DNA of 64,000 bases from Octopus bimaculoides (GCF_001194135.2 NC_068982.1:31875388-31939387), one strand, 5' to 3'; positions 50,987-64,000 are shown, counted from the first letter of the stretch. Numbers and translations are program-made. Notes: generated by a model from the sequence alone, not told the origin.

Positions 50987-51995
50987 AACTCGTATGAAAA
51001 CCCGTGCTAAATCTTGTGCTTTAGGTATTCTTACTGATAAATGGCAAGAAAAACCTCTCTATGGCAAATACCCAAATATAGCTAATAATGTCGATGTTGA
51101 CAAAGCCTTTACCCAGTAATGGTTAGTGTCTTCTGGCTTAAAATCAGAAACAGAAGGGTTTATCATAGCAGCCCAAGATCAATGCCTCCCTACAAGGAGC
51201 TACCAGGCCAACATAATAAAGAACGGCAGTAGCCCAACATGTCGTGTATGTAAACAACAAAATAAAACATTTGATCATGTTGTCTCCATGTGCAGTCTGC
51301 TTGCGCCTACAGAGTATCTCAACAGACATGATAGAGCAGCACAGTATATTCACTGGATATTTTTCAAAAACTTGGACCTGCCCCATGATAAAAACTGGTG
51401 GGAACAGAAACCACCTCCAGTGCTTGGAAATGATGACATTTCAATCCTCTGGAACTTTACCGTTCAAACTGACAGAGAGATAGATGCGAATAGGCCAGAC
51501 ATTATATTGAAAGACTTCAGACAGAAATCATGACTCCTCATTGATATGACTGTCCCAATCGACATAAATGTATCTGTCAAGACCTACCGAAAACTGAGCA
51601 AGACTAAAGATGTTGAAATAGAAATTAGCAAAATGTGGAACCTGAAGACTAAAACAACACCTGTTGTCATAGGTGCCCTAGGAAGGATAGCAAAAGAGGC
51701 TGAATCCTACCTAGCTCAAATACCAGGAAACATTAAAATAGCAGTAATTCAAAAGATAGTGCTCATGGGAGGTGCCTATATCTTACGTAAAATACTATGT
51801 AATCTCAAATTTTAAAACAAACCTATAATTTTCTTATTCTTTCTTAAATATTCTCTAGAACAATACTATGTGCAAAACCCAATATATGATACCCTAGGTA
51901 TAACACCAAACTGAAATTCTACCTTGTTGTCTCTTGAGGTCTCTGGGTGAGACTTGGAGTCAACTTGTACTAATACAAAGCAAAAGTCAAACATA
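50987..51995 (+). mobile_element. R4/Dong-like element, family A, 5'-truncated, flanked by (AAT)n
   Basis: SETEGFIIAAQDQCL, CRVCKQQNKTFDHVVSMC (CX2CX8HX4C), RHDRAAQYIHW, ANRPDIILKD, VVIGALG; 3' UTR equals 1041-1230. Confidence 0.94.
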
Positions 51996-52012
51996 TGATA
52001 ATGATAATAATG

Positions 52013-52058
<46 letters not shown>

Positions 52059-52621
52059 TAATAATAATAATAATGATAATAATAATAATAATAATGATAA
52101 TAGTGATTTGCCTGAAGACAAACACACATGTGACAGTATTTACATACTGCTGACAAAACATATACAATCACATTGCTACTTCTGCCACCACTGTCGCCAA
52201 CGCGATCACCATCCTACTAGAAATGGCTTGGAGACTGCATAGTGGTTCTGTCTTTTGTCTCCCTGTCTCGCCTCTCTCTCTGACTGTCAATTCAATATCT
52301 GCCTCTTTCTACGATGCTACATGAATTCTGTCGGCCTGCCATTTGTCACCTTCGAAGCGGCAGGTCATGACATGAATTAACTGAAAACTTCTCAAAATAA
52401 AATTAAAGGAAGATCAGCTGAAAAGTAAGCAACCATATGAGGGAACTAAAACTAAGCAAAAGCGAATGATGGCAAATTGTTCGCATAAGTCAGGCGTTAG
52501 TCGAAGTAGCACAAATAAATTATTTGACCACGTATTAAGACGTGCTTGCGTGTGAGTATGTAATTGTGTGTGGGTATGTAATTGTGTGTGGGTATGTCTG
52601 TATTTGAGTGGGGTCTATTTT

Positions 52622-52662
<41 letters not shown>

Positions 52663-54202
52663 NNNNNNNNNNNNNNNNNNNNNNNNNNNNNNNNNNNNNN
52701 NNNNNNNNNNNNNNNNNNNNNNNNNNNNNNNNNNNNNNNNNNNNNNNNNNNNNNNNNNNNNNNNNNNNNNNNNNNNNNNNNNNNNNNNNNNNNNNNNNNN
52801 NNNNNNNNNNNNNNNNNNNNNNNNNNNNNNNNNNNNNNNNNNNNNNNNNNNNNNNNNNNNNNNNNNNNNNNNNNNNNNNNNNNNNNNNNNNNNNNNNNNN
52901 NNNNNNNNNNNNNNNNNNNNNNNNNNNNNNNNNNNNNNNNNNNNNNNNNNNNNNNNNNNNNNNNNNNNNNNNNNNNNNNNNNNNNNNNNNNNNNNNNNNN
53001 NNNNNNNNNNNNNNNNNNNNNNNNNNNNNNNNNNNNNNNNNNGCTCAGATAAAGAAGGAAAATGTTTATTTACTTTTGTATTTTAAGATAGAAAGCATAT
53101 TTGTTTTTTTTTTTTATGAATTTTAATTATCTAGATGCATAAAACAAAACAGTGAAGCGAAAGTTTTGATATACAATCTAGCATCAAATCTGTAGAGGAA
53201 CACATAACCTAGTTACAGTCAAATTAGATAAGAGATGTATCAACGCGGGAGAGGAAGCTGTGAAAAAAACAAAAAAAAAAAACGATGCGAGATAAAATAG
53301 ATAATGACAGAAACAAAGGAAGAAAGAAAACAGGACGAAATAGATATCTTTATATATCTTTTATAGATTTCCTCCTGTGTGACATGTAACTAATTTCAGT
53401 TTAGTTATTTTATTTGTCATATTTACATCTATTACATTATCCGCTCACACTTAGATCCAGGATATTACCCTCATAGGGAAACTGTTTTTTGCTCCATTTT
53501 GTGGAAAGGTTGATTGAACCATCACCAGACTTAAGCATGTCACTTCTAAGCAATCACATATCCTCGTCTTTCTTTTAGACTGAGAACTATTTACATAAAT
53601 CTTATATTTTACTGTATTGATATTTAGTGGCAAACTTGAATTGAGTAGGGAGAATTTTATTTTATTTTATATGACATTAAAATGCATATCGTAACTATTA
53701 TGTGAAACTGTCGTATGTCAAAACTGGGCCAAATGCGTTGTTTTCTGGGGGGNNNNNNNNNNNNNNNNNNGGGGTTCGATATTCATTTTTGCTTGCAATA
53801 CCTGGTTCTTTTGGTCAAACTATAGGCATCTCCAGCTGCTTCAGATGTCACGATATCAAAAACCGTCAAAGTGTAGAACAACGGGTTTTGCTATGGAATG
53901 CTGAAACTATTTTTCCGTTTTCTAAAAAAAGCAACGTTTTGGACTTGCGACACTTTTGCATAATAGCAACGCCATATAGAAAGAAACCAAGATATTAGTC
54001 CTATTTCCGAGTTTAGATAAATATTGTTATGTTCGGTATTATACCCGTATCATGAGGAAACCTTAGCGTTCGAGGTGCTTACCGAAGCAGCGATGAACAA
54101 GTTACTAATAAAGATAGACGAATGAAATTAGAAATGCTTAAAAATTTACATAGATATACGCACACACAGACACACACACACACACACACATATCTATATA
54201 TA

Positions 54203-54400
54203 TATTGGGTTGGTGCATAATTATTGCGGTTTTCTTTTCTTTTCAACAAATTTTATACAACAAAAACAATAAAAATATTTCATAAAAACATCTTTAAATG
54301 ACAGTCTGACTGTCTGCTAAGCAAACGGGAAACAGTAATTGAAGTAGATGGTGAATATGCTCCGGAATAATCATTTAAACATGTTTTTGTTACATGTTGC
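54203..54400 (+). mobile_element. Internally deleted mariner (MITE-like): left TIR fused to the transposase C-terminus
   Basis: TATTGGGTTGGTGCATAATTATTGCGG TIR; KRETVIEVDGEYAPE*; the right end runs into a gap. Confidence 0.7.
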
Positions 54401-55293
54401 NNNNNNNNNNNNNNNNNNNNNNNNNNNNNNNNNNNNNNNNNNNNNNNNNNNNNNNNNNNNNNNNNNNNNNNNNNNNNNNNNNNNNNNNNNNNNNNNNNNN
54501 NNNNNNNNNNNNNNNNNNNNNNNTATATATATATATATATATATATTCACCTGTCTATTTGTATGTATACCTATGTGCATATATATTCTGTATTTCTATG
54601 TATGTGTGTATGTATACTTATGTGTAAGTATAAGTATATTTGTGTATATGCATGTGTTTATGCATTTAAGTGAATATATGCACATGTATTTCATATGTAT
54701 ACAGTTTTTATACTTGTGTTTTTATATGTATGTCTGTGTATGAATTGCTAATAGAAAAAGAAACCCGTTACTGTTTTATTAACATCTACGGGCTTTCTCA
54801 GCCCATGGGCTAAATTTTTTAAAACAAACTTACATTCATATTAATTAATTATTCATTTACCATTAATTAATTTACTCTGGACATGCACTATTTCATTTTA
54901 ACTTAGAATTATTTTTTGACTCAAAGTTTTTTTCGGTTTTATACAATACGATAATTATGTCATATTTATTTTTATTTTTTATATTTATATTTATTTTATT
55001 TTCTATTTGTATATTTGCTATCTCAACTTGCATACTTCTAAAAGACCGTTAAGGGAAACAACCAATCAAATTCAAGTGTGTATCTGTCAATGTGAATTAT
55101 ATCAAAATATAAATTGTACGCACAACCTCAATTGTTTTTTCATTCTGGATCACAACTGCCCGACGAACGGGAGCGTGAAACTGAGTGGCAGTGTTTTGTG
55201 ATATTTTGTGATGTTTTTGCACCTTTAATAAGAAAGTATTAGAACTACTCTTTCCCCACCTTGTTTAATATTTATGTGCTTATTTGGGTATGT

Positions 55294-55341
<48 letters not shown>

Positions 55342-55351
55342 NNNNNNNNNN

Positions 55352-55406
<55 letters not shown>

Positions 55407-56374
55407 GTGTGTATGTATGTATGTGCGATTGGAAATTAGAATTTTTACATGAATAATTATAAAAATAATTTATTTAATAATTGTAAATGAAAGCGTAAGT
55501 CTGTAAAGAATATTCAGTATGATATTAATCTAATTAATACATTTTCAGTTCTACGATTTCTTTTTAATATCTAATTCCTAAATATCGTTAATTACTTAGT
55601 TCATATTTCGCAGAATTATTCTGACCAAAGATGTCTGAAATTTATTTATTATTACATACTACATATTATCCCCATCTTTATACTTTGTTCTGAAATGTTA
55701 TATTATCGAAAAACTTTATCCTTTGCAAAAAGTGTTTCTTTTCTGCAACATATATTTCAGAAACAGAATACCACAGTAAATTTTATTGCATGTAGCTTCT
55801 TGCTTTTCTAAAAGGTCTTTATCTAAGTATCATGTGTAGGTTGTTGTCTTTACCTTTATCTATAATCCAAAGTGGGAACACGTTAATCAATTCTAATTAT
55901 TGTAGTTAAATATTCTGTCAAAGGTAACGCTTTGAAATGATAAAGAGAGGATAAAGAGAAACTAATCGTTTACTACACGACCCAGATGTTTATCAAATTA
56001 TGAGAATTATAACAGAATAATACGTGTGAAAAGTATGAAATTTACCATATTAAAGGAGAAATCGATGATACTGTGAATGATTAACTAGGTAATATTATTA
56101 CACAAACTAATTGTTAGACAAGGATTGCAATTTGCGATAAAACATTTACAAATAGAATAGTCAGCCTTTTATAAATGCTATGAAATATTTCTAAAATATA
56201 AATCATAATTCAAATTGAAAAAGAGAACAGCTTTGTAGCCTTCAGATGGGTTAGGAGTCGTTCACGATTTACTTAAGTTTGCAACAAAATGTTAATAATA
56301 GCATGTTTTCTCTAATTTGTTTTAGAAAATACTAGAAATAGCTGTACTCATCAAATATCTAACAAGTAAAGTTT

Positions 56375-56545
56375 TTTGCAACATTTAGTCCGGTTCTTTA
56401 CATTCTGAGTTCAAACCTCAGCCAGGCTAACGTTGCCTTTCATCCTTTCAAAATTAATAAAATAAAGTAATAGTCAAGTGCTGGTGTTGTTAGTCCTGAT
56501 AAACGTTCAACCTCAAATCTCACACCTTGTACCTGTATCGGAAAA
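56375..56545 (+). mobile_element. SINE family 1, diverged
   Basis: TTCTGAGTTCAAAC...TTGCCTTTCATCCTTTC. Confidence 0.7.
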
Positions 56546-57360
56546 TAAAAATTGATTTGAAATGCGAAAACAAATTCTTGAAATTCGAGCTCATAAAACT
56601 ATTAGATGCAGACTAGAATGTTTATAAAACACTTCTCCATTCTTATCAAACCGTTATTGATTTTTAAAACTATGCTTCTCTGATCACACGCCATTTCACA
56701 CACAACACTCATTCAGCCACTTATGTCAGCTACCTCTGTCACTAATGGCATTTTAGCTATGTTATCTACCCTATTGATCGATAGATAAACACACCGGTGA
56801 TAGCATTATTTACTCTAAGAATATCATTTTAAGACATTTGCTAATATCATACGGCATTAAGCACTAATGTGAACTTTAACAGTGAAAAGAGAAAAAATAA
56901 CGACAAAAGTCATTTAAAATCAATTGGACATCAAGAGTTAAGATGTAATCCAATACAAATAAATAAATGAAAATAATTTCAGCGATGATATCATTTATGA
57001 CATTCAGAATTTATTTTAAAAAAAACATCAGATAATCTTTGGAAAATTGAGGAAACTTTTCAAACTACTGCAGTAAACATGTAAATATAAACATTACAAT
57101 GCAACTTTTCGCAAATTGTTTCAGTGTAAATATTATGCATTTGATTCTGTAAGTTTTATCCTTTTTTATGTGTTGTTGCTTCTTTCATAAACAAGATAAG
57201 ATTCGTGTACACAAGTCAATGATAATCAAATCGCACGTAACGACAATCACGACAATTATAAGAAAGAAGCTCACCTTAAGCGTCTCTGTAATATTATTGA
57301 CATTGACAACAAAGACAAATAATTTCAGGCATTGTAATATTGAGGATAACCCTCAAAAAT

Positions 57361-57670
57361 GTTAGGTTCGCCATAAAGCTGCTTCACTTTTTCCCTTTGT
57401 TCATGCGCAATCGTTCGATACCTGACACACCAACGTCGTTCGACGCGAGCTTTCGACGTGGCAGATAGTATTTTATGCTGGAGGTAATGCAGAAAATGGA
57501 GAACCAAAATGAATATTCTCGATACATGCTTTTTTAAAATTTAAAACAAAAATAAGGTAAGAAAGCATCTGAAACCGGCACGAAGAACTGTGTTGTATCA
57601 GAGGGAATGCGTCTGTGCTGGAAGTAGTTTTCGAGATTTCGATCGAAAATTTCTTTCGGTTTAAGATGCA
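57361..57670 (+). mobile_element. Mariner 5' fragment (TIR + N-terminal HTH region), decayed
   Basis: TTAGGTTCGCCATAA end; MENQNEYSRYML..KASETA resembles mariner N-termini. Confidence 0.55.
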
Positions 57671-57738
57671 TATTGCTCTGGCCGGCCAACTTATATTAAC
57701 AACTACCAAATGAAGGACCCCAGTTTTATTTTACTTAC

Positions 57739-57886
57739 GAACAGAATATTCACAGATATTCTCCAGATGTGCAAACTGAGTGGTGAAGACCCTTTGCATT
57801 AATTTGGCTATGTCAGCGGGCTCGATCTTTGGGTCCGACATCAACGGAATGGAAAGAACATCACCCAGTGAATGTCCCTCTGTCTG
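57739..57886 (-). other. Candidate exon or captured gene fragment (QTEGHSLGDVLSIPLMSDPKIEPADIAKLMQRVFTTQFAHLENICEYSV)
   Basis: 49 open codons ending at TTC/gtaagt; no good acceptor; preceded in frame by TGA. Confidence 0.3.
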
Positions 57887-57944
57887 TCATTCGGATGTAT
57901 TACTGTGGCTAGCTGGCCATATTAAACATAGCAATCGACCAGAG

Positions 57945-58985
57945 GCGTCAGAACTCAAACAACAAAAAGTGCTAGGAATATTAATACAGTATGTGGGGAT
58001 CTGAATATAAGCGTAAACCAGTGTCAACATTGGTTCTAGAAATACTGAGGCTGAAACTACAGCCTAGAAGACGAGCCTCATCCTGGAAGAGCAGTAGAGT
58101 TCAATGAGGACGTCCTGCAAACCTTGGTGGAACAAAATCCCGTCGTAACTGTTGAATAACTAGCAGAGCAGCTTGGATTTGGTCATTCAACCATTCGTCG
58201 ACAACTGCATGCCATCGGAAAAGTCAGCAAATTCGGTCAATGAGTTTCTCACAAACTTCCCGGGTCTAATCACACGCAGAGAGTGAATGTGTGCTCTTCT
58301 TTGCTGTCTAAAAAAGACCAATTAGTGACTGGTGACGAGAAACTGGTTGTCTAAACAAATGTCAAACGCCGAAGACAATGAGTATGGAAAGGAGAAACAC
58401 CGGCACCCCAGGCTAAAGAAGGTTTTCACCTACATTATCTGTTATTATCTGTTTGGTGGGATATGAAAAGTTTAGTCCACTTTGAAATTTTAAATCCACA
58501 ACAAACGATAACAAAGGAGATCCACTGCGAGCAGCTTGAACAGCTTAAGTCAGTGCTAGAAGAAAGGCGGCCATCTTCGTTTTCAAGACGAAAGGTGTTC
58601 TTCCATCAGGTTAATCTTCGATCACATACACCGAGATTGATATGCCAAAAGCTGGAGTAGTTTGAATGGAAAATGATGCCCCATCCACCATATTCGCCGG
58701 ACATTGCACCATCTGATTATCATTTATTCCGCAGTCTTCAAAGTAATTTGAACGGAAAAAATATGAATTCTGTAGACGAGGTCAGAACAGTAATGGAGGA
58801 GTATCTTTGTTCACGGACAAGTGAATTTTGGAAGAGGGACCTCGCAAATCTACCAGATAGATGGAAGAGCATTGCAGAAAATGAAGGAGAGTATAACGTA
58901 GTTTTAAAACGAATTTTGTTTATCTTGATTTTTAAAAGTGAAAGACGTATAAAAAAAAACGCATTATTTATGGGATGACCCTGTA
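57945..58985 (+). mobile_element. Mariner (D,D34D-type) transposase pseudogene with right TIR
   Basis: TKSARNIN, LEDEPHPGR, LVTGDEK, SVWWD, HPPYSPDIAPSDYHLFRSLQ; end GGGATGACCCTGTA. Confidence 0.92.
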
Positions 58986-60233
58986 CTTTTCAGACAGGTC
59001 CAGTAACTATAGACTCATGCCTGTGCATTGCCATTTTCAGGTGATGTANNNNNNNNNNNNNNNNNNNNNNNNNNNNNNNNNNNNNNNNNNNNNNNNNNNN
59101 NNNNNNNNNNNNNNNNNNNNNNNNNNNNNNNNNNNNNNNNNNNNNNNNNNNNNNNNNNNNNNNNNNNNNNNNNNNNNNNNNNNNNNNNNNNNNNNNNNNN
59201 NNNNNNNNNNNNNNNNNNNNNNNNNNNNNNNNNNNNNNNNNNNNNNNNNNNNNNNNNNNNNNNNNNNNNNNNNNNNNNNNNNNNNNNNNNNNNNNNNNNN
59301 NNNNNNATATATATATATATGTATGTATGTATGTATACATACATATATATACACACCCATAAAAAGCACGCGAAAACACAAACATGCATAAACTAACACA
59401 CACCTCTCAGGAATCTTTTACATTTGCTTGGGAATGGAACCCGAGTATAAACACAATATCCATTTACAGTTCATAAACAGCTGGCCCTGAATGTAGTTTT
59501 ATATACATTTCTAATATTTTTTTTATATATATAATACTTTCAAAATGTTGTCTCCAAATACAATGTTATGCTAACAGTTCACGTACGCAATTTGCATTTT
59601 ATTTTTTTTTAATATGCAGGTATTGCTTTCTGTAGGGTATAAAGACAAAGTGTCAAACACGACTACAAGTAAATAAAATGTAAACTGAAAAATGGTTAGC
59701 AGTTTATTTTTTAAAGCAATGTACAAGTAACGACACTAGTCATGTTAAACTCATACGAAGATTTAGAATTCAGATCTCACGTAAATATAACGTTTTGCGA
59801 TTACTCTACAACCAAAAACAAAGCAAAACATGATCACTGCATACATGCCTGAAAATATGTGAACTACATCAGGTCCGAAAAACTTGTGGAATTTTCCATT
59901 TCTGATGTATCATGTATCATTCTGACGTATTCAAAAACCTTCCAAATTTTGGAATTTAGGATAAATGTTTATTAATTGTAATTAATTGAGCATAGTTAAA
60001 ATATTGTGGTTGTCTTCCCTGCTAACGATACATTCTCCTCACGACCGATATAATTTAAATTTCATAGATTACAATTCATTGATTAACAACGCTAAATATG
60101 TCAGCATTTTCCACACCATATTACTGATTCAACACATTCCAGTATTTTATTGGTAATTTTTGTATCGAATCAAGAAAAACAAACGAAAATGTCGATTTGA
60201 ACATAATTAGGCAGTAAAGTAACATTACTAATA

Positions 60234-60580
60234 AATGGCTTCAAATTTTAGCACAAGTCGAGCAGTTTATGAGGGAGTCAGTCAATGACATCAATCCCAG
60301 TACTTGACTGGTACTTTATTTTATTGTCCGCGAAAGGATAACAGACAAAGTCGATCTCACGGCATATAGGAATTCAGACTAGAAAGAGCTCCCAAAATGC
60401 AGGAAAGCATTTTGGCTGACTCGCTAATGATTCTGCTAGCTCACTGCCTTAACATATTTAAATAATCCACTATCCCCCTCTCCTGAATCTCAGGTAAAAT
60501 CGACCTTGGCGGAATTTGAACTCAAGCCATTAAGATGGACAAAATGCTGTCACGCATTTTGTCCAACATGTTGATGCCTT
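60234..60580 (-). mobile_element. SINE family 1 copy plus a second head fragment
   Basis: TTCTGCTAGCTCACTGCCTTAA head at ~60450; GGCGGAATTTGAACTC at ~60510. Confidence 0.78.
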
Positions 60581-62840
60581 AAAATTTGTACATAACACAA
60601 TCCATTGTTTTTCTAGACGTCAGCCGGTTATACCCAACCTCTGTTTTGTGATATATTGGTTTACATTAGAACGGTTTGTGTAAATTTCAATCTAAATAGT
60701 AGAGGCCACAAACATAAGAGTAAAGTATTGCTGTACTACTCAACCATTGTTGATATGATTCGTTTTATTCTTTTTGGTTTTCTTCGAATACGTTGGATTG
60801 GAAAACAGGAAACTATATCTCTGATCTCAAAAGAATTGATTCAGTCTTTGAGACAATGAATGAATTTTATGAAGTTTATCTTCTAAATAATAAATATTTT
60901 TCTCTCTTTAAGAAGAAAGACATTATCTAAGGAACTGAATGACGCTTGAATATGAATAGGTTGTCGATTTTTAAAGATGAGGAGTTCATTTCATGATATA
61001 TTCTATTCAGCCATTTTTCTTGTATACCTTACTCTATTGATCTTAATTTAATTCTGTATTTAGGCCACGTACTAATTTGATTTATAAATCTCCTCATCTT
61101 TAAAGCCTACCTATTTTAACCTCATAAAAATAAAGATAACAACAGGCAGGACAACAGAAGTAGTAATGATGTGGAAAATATAGACATAAAACTAGTAATC
61201 TGATGTGAAAACATAACAAGATTTTCAAAGTATATTGAATATTCCATGAAAGCCTAATTTCACCCCTATAAACTATATCAAATCTCGTTAAGAAATAAAT
61301 CAAAATATTTATCGACCATAATAAACTTAACTTCAGTGTAATACAATTCGAATTCTAGGGGAATAGGTTAAGAACAAACAAATTTATACTAAGATAGGAT
61401 ATGAAAAACCTGCCCTGAATTGCTGCTCATTCTCTCCATGTACATATAAATTCATGCAACTAAGTTAAACAAATAGCTCGTGAACATGTTGGACATGAAC
61501 AATCCATTTGAGTATTTCATTTACCTAAATAAATAGAGAGCAAACTGGGCGGTGACAACTATTAGACTAGCCATTATTTAAATTACATTATGATGGCCTT
61601 GAAAAATGGAACAGGTATTGTGATTTCAATTCCGAGATATGAAAAGATGAACTGATGATGGAGAAAGGATGTTTTTGATCATGGGTGTGCATCATTAAGG
61701 TTGATCTGAGTAAAACAACAACAATAAAGAATCAGATTTTAGATAGTAATCACTGATACGAAACTCTAATATAATGACAAACAGCTGAATATATTTTGTG
61801 CAGCTTAGCTCCGGGTTGCGAGACAAAAAGAGAATTAAAATTGTGGTAGAGCACCAAACTTGAATGAGATAGAAAATTGAATTACTATACTAAATTTGAA
61901 ATTACATGGAATACCTCGAACCACATTGATTATCCAGTAGCAACTAATGAAGAACATATCATTTTCATTCCGTTGTTTTTTATAGGAATACATACACTTA
62001 GTGAGATGAAGTTTATAAATTATTGGGTAAGATTTTATATAAATGATAATTTAAATATCCAAAAACGAGCTAGTGGGTGTCAAACTAGATATCTATGCTT
62101 TCTGGGTGACAAAGTTATTGATTAATCTTCAATCAATTTTCATACTTTTTTCTCGAATCCAATATATAAGCGTGTTTCTGTTTTCTTATTACTTTTTTCA
62201 TTTTACTGTTCTTCTGATGTCTCGGTATCTATCAGTATGGCTCTTGCAACACAGATATTTTTCAACTACAGAGCAATAACAGGACACGTTCCATCTACTA
62301 TTATATCAAATATGTGGTATGACACTAAGATTTAATGTGTACTGGAAATAAACTCATGAATAAAAAGAATATTTGAATGAATGGTTAAGGTAGCTATATT
62401 TGCCAAATACAGAGTTACTAGACGCATCCTATACTGTTAATGCTAAGTGACTGTTGAATAATCTATGTAGGTTGCTTAGTTGGAATTCCATCAGTAGATT
62501 CTTCTGGTAACTTGACGGAACGGTTCCGTGGTAGACGTGATTCTAAAGACAAGAGACATTTTCCTGTTCAGGAAACCTCATATCAGTATTTTCATGATAA
62601 GAAGACAGGGGGGGGGGATAGGAAGATGGAAATGGTGCATCAGTAAATTTGCTGTAAGCTGGATGAGATTTTCGAATAAGGCTAAAATGAATGACTTGCT
62701 TTCAGCATAGGCCAGAAAATGGCAATTGTAAGGCAACAGATGCTTTTGAAAGCCAGGGAAATCTATACTTTCATTCTCATTTTTTCTTTCATTTACTATT
62801 CGATTTCTTCTGCAAGCTATTCCTGTAGTGTCTTCTCAAT

Positions 62841-62964
62841 GTCCCCGAAAAGATGAAAGGCAAAGTCGACTTCGGTGGAATTTCAACTCAGGACGTAGCG
62901 ACAGACAAAATACCGCTAAGCATTTCGCCCAGCGTGCTAACGATTCTACCAGCTCGCCGCCTTA
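62841..62964 (-). mobile_element. SINE family 1, 5' half
   Basis: GGCAAAGTCGACTTCGGTGGAATTTCAACTCAG...AGCTCGCCGCCTTA. Confidence 0.88.
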
Positions 62965-63050
62965 ACAACAACAACAACAACAACAACAACAATAATAATA
63001 ATAATAATAATAATAATNNNNNNNNNNTAATAATAATAATAATAATAATA

Positions 63051-63113
<63 letters not shown>
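62964..63113. repeat. (AAC)n(AAT)n then (ATT)n: palindromic microsatellite
   Basis: Polarity switch at ~63051; 10-N gap at 63018-63027. Confidence 0.9.
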
Positions 63114-63116
<3 letters not shown>

Positions 63117-63966
63117 TAGTTTTATTTTTATAACGTGCTCTCACTTCACTACGGAGCGCAGCCCTGTGTGCCTTGGGTATGTGCTGTGGTTTGCTTTGAT
63201 GCTCTTATGGTTACTGTATTGAAAGTGTTTTGCGTAGGATGTGTGCAGTGCCCAGTAGTGCAATCTTCTGTATGTTATATATATTTGTAAGTCCTTGTGT
63301 TTTTGTTATGTATTTGTCTAAATATTTTTTATTATACCTAAGGCACCTACTATGATAGGAATTATTTCTGTTTTTACATTCCACATTCGAGTTACCTCTA
63401 TTTCCAGGTCTTTGTATTTTGAAAGTTTCTCCATTTCTTTTAGGGAAACGTTGTCATCTGTTAGTATTGATACATCAATTAGAAAGCATTTTTTTTTCAA
63501 TCATAATCTTTGACAACTATATCTGGCCCATTGGCCTCAATTTCTCTATTTGTGTGTATTGGCATATCCCAGAGTATGGTTGCTTTCTCGTTTTCTGTGA
63601 CCTTTTCTGGCGTGAGTTTATATCATCTTTTTTCTGTTGTTATTCCATAGTGTTGGCATAGCTTCCAGTGTATATAGGTCCCAGCTTTGTCGTGTCTGTG
63701 AATATATTCCTTCTTAGCCAGGACTGGGCAGCCAGAGATAGTATGATTTATTGTTTCTTGTCCATCGCCACATATTCTGCAGTTACTTGTTATGTTTCTT
63801 TCATTATATGTGTTTGGTAATTTCTGGTGGGGAGGTTTTGGTTTTGTGCAGTAATTAAAGATCCTTTTTATTTGACAATATTCAGGGGCTCTTCTAATTA
63901 TTTGTTATTTGGTTTGAGGAGAACAGATTTAGATAATCCATTCATGATGAATTTTCTGATCAAAGA

Positions 63967-63967
<1 letters not shown>
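63114..63967 (-). mobile_element. R4/Dong-like element, family C, 5'-truncated, flanked by (TAA)n both sides
   Basis: CRICGDGQETINHTISGC (CX2CX8HX4C), HRHDKAGTYIHW, ILWDMPIHT, PDIVV, LIDVSI, KYKDLEIE, IIVGALG. Confidence 0.93.

Positions 63968-64000
<33 letters not shown>

Noticed and set aside
53650-54060. Possible DNA transposon around a G-rich gap
   Set aside because: No TIRs, TSD or coding motif could be identified
334-59403. Long ORFs made of X runs or HT/VC/YI/IIII/NNNN repeats
   Set aside because: They are translations of N gaps and microsatellites

Overview
AT-rich, repeat-saturated animal genomic DNA from a short-read scaffold. N gaps are usually bordered by microsatellites, so the many X-run and HT/VC/YI ORFs are artefacts. 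The SINE families and overall repeat make-up resemble an octopod cephalopod genome; this is my recognition, not a database result. No intact full-length protein gene, rRNA, true tRNA or CRISPR array is visible. The window is dominated by five kinds of element. (1) About 12 decayed fragments of at least six R4/Dong-like non-LTR retrotransposon families (RT, CCHC finger, restriction-like endonuclease). Most sit in (TAA)n tracts, while one family is associated with (CATA)n. (2) Around 20 tRNA-derived SINE copies of 3-4 families. (3) Penelope-like terminal repeats ending in (TA)n, two of which carry recognisable minimal hammerhead ribozymes (32065-32113 near canonical; 7046-7110 inside a ~220-bp near-perfect inverted repeat). 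(4) Tc1/mariner remnants. (5) A foldback/Mutator-like MITE and Tx1-like L1 fragments. The most interesting pattern is that R4/Dong-like elements repeatedly dock tail-to-tail in the (ATT)n tails of one SINE family. A few isolated candidate host exons are present (best: 39896-40061, + strand) but I could not assign them to a gene.
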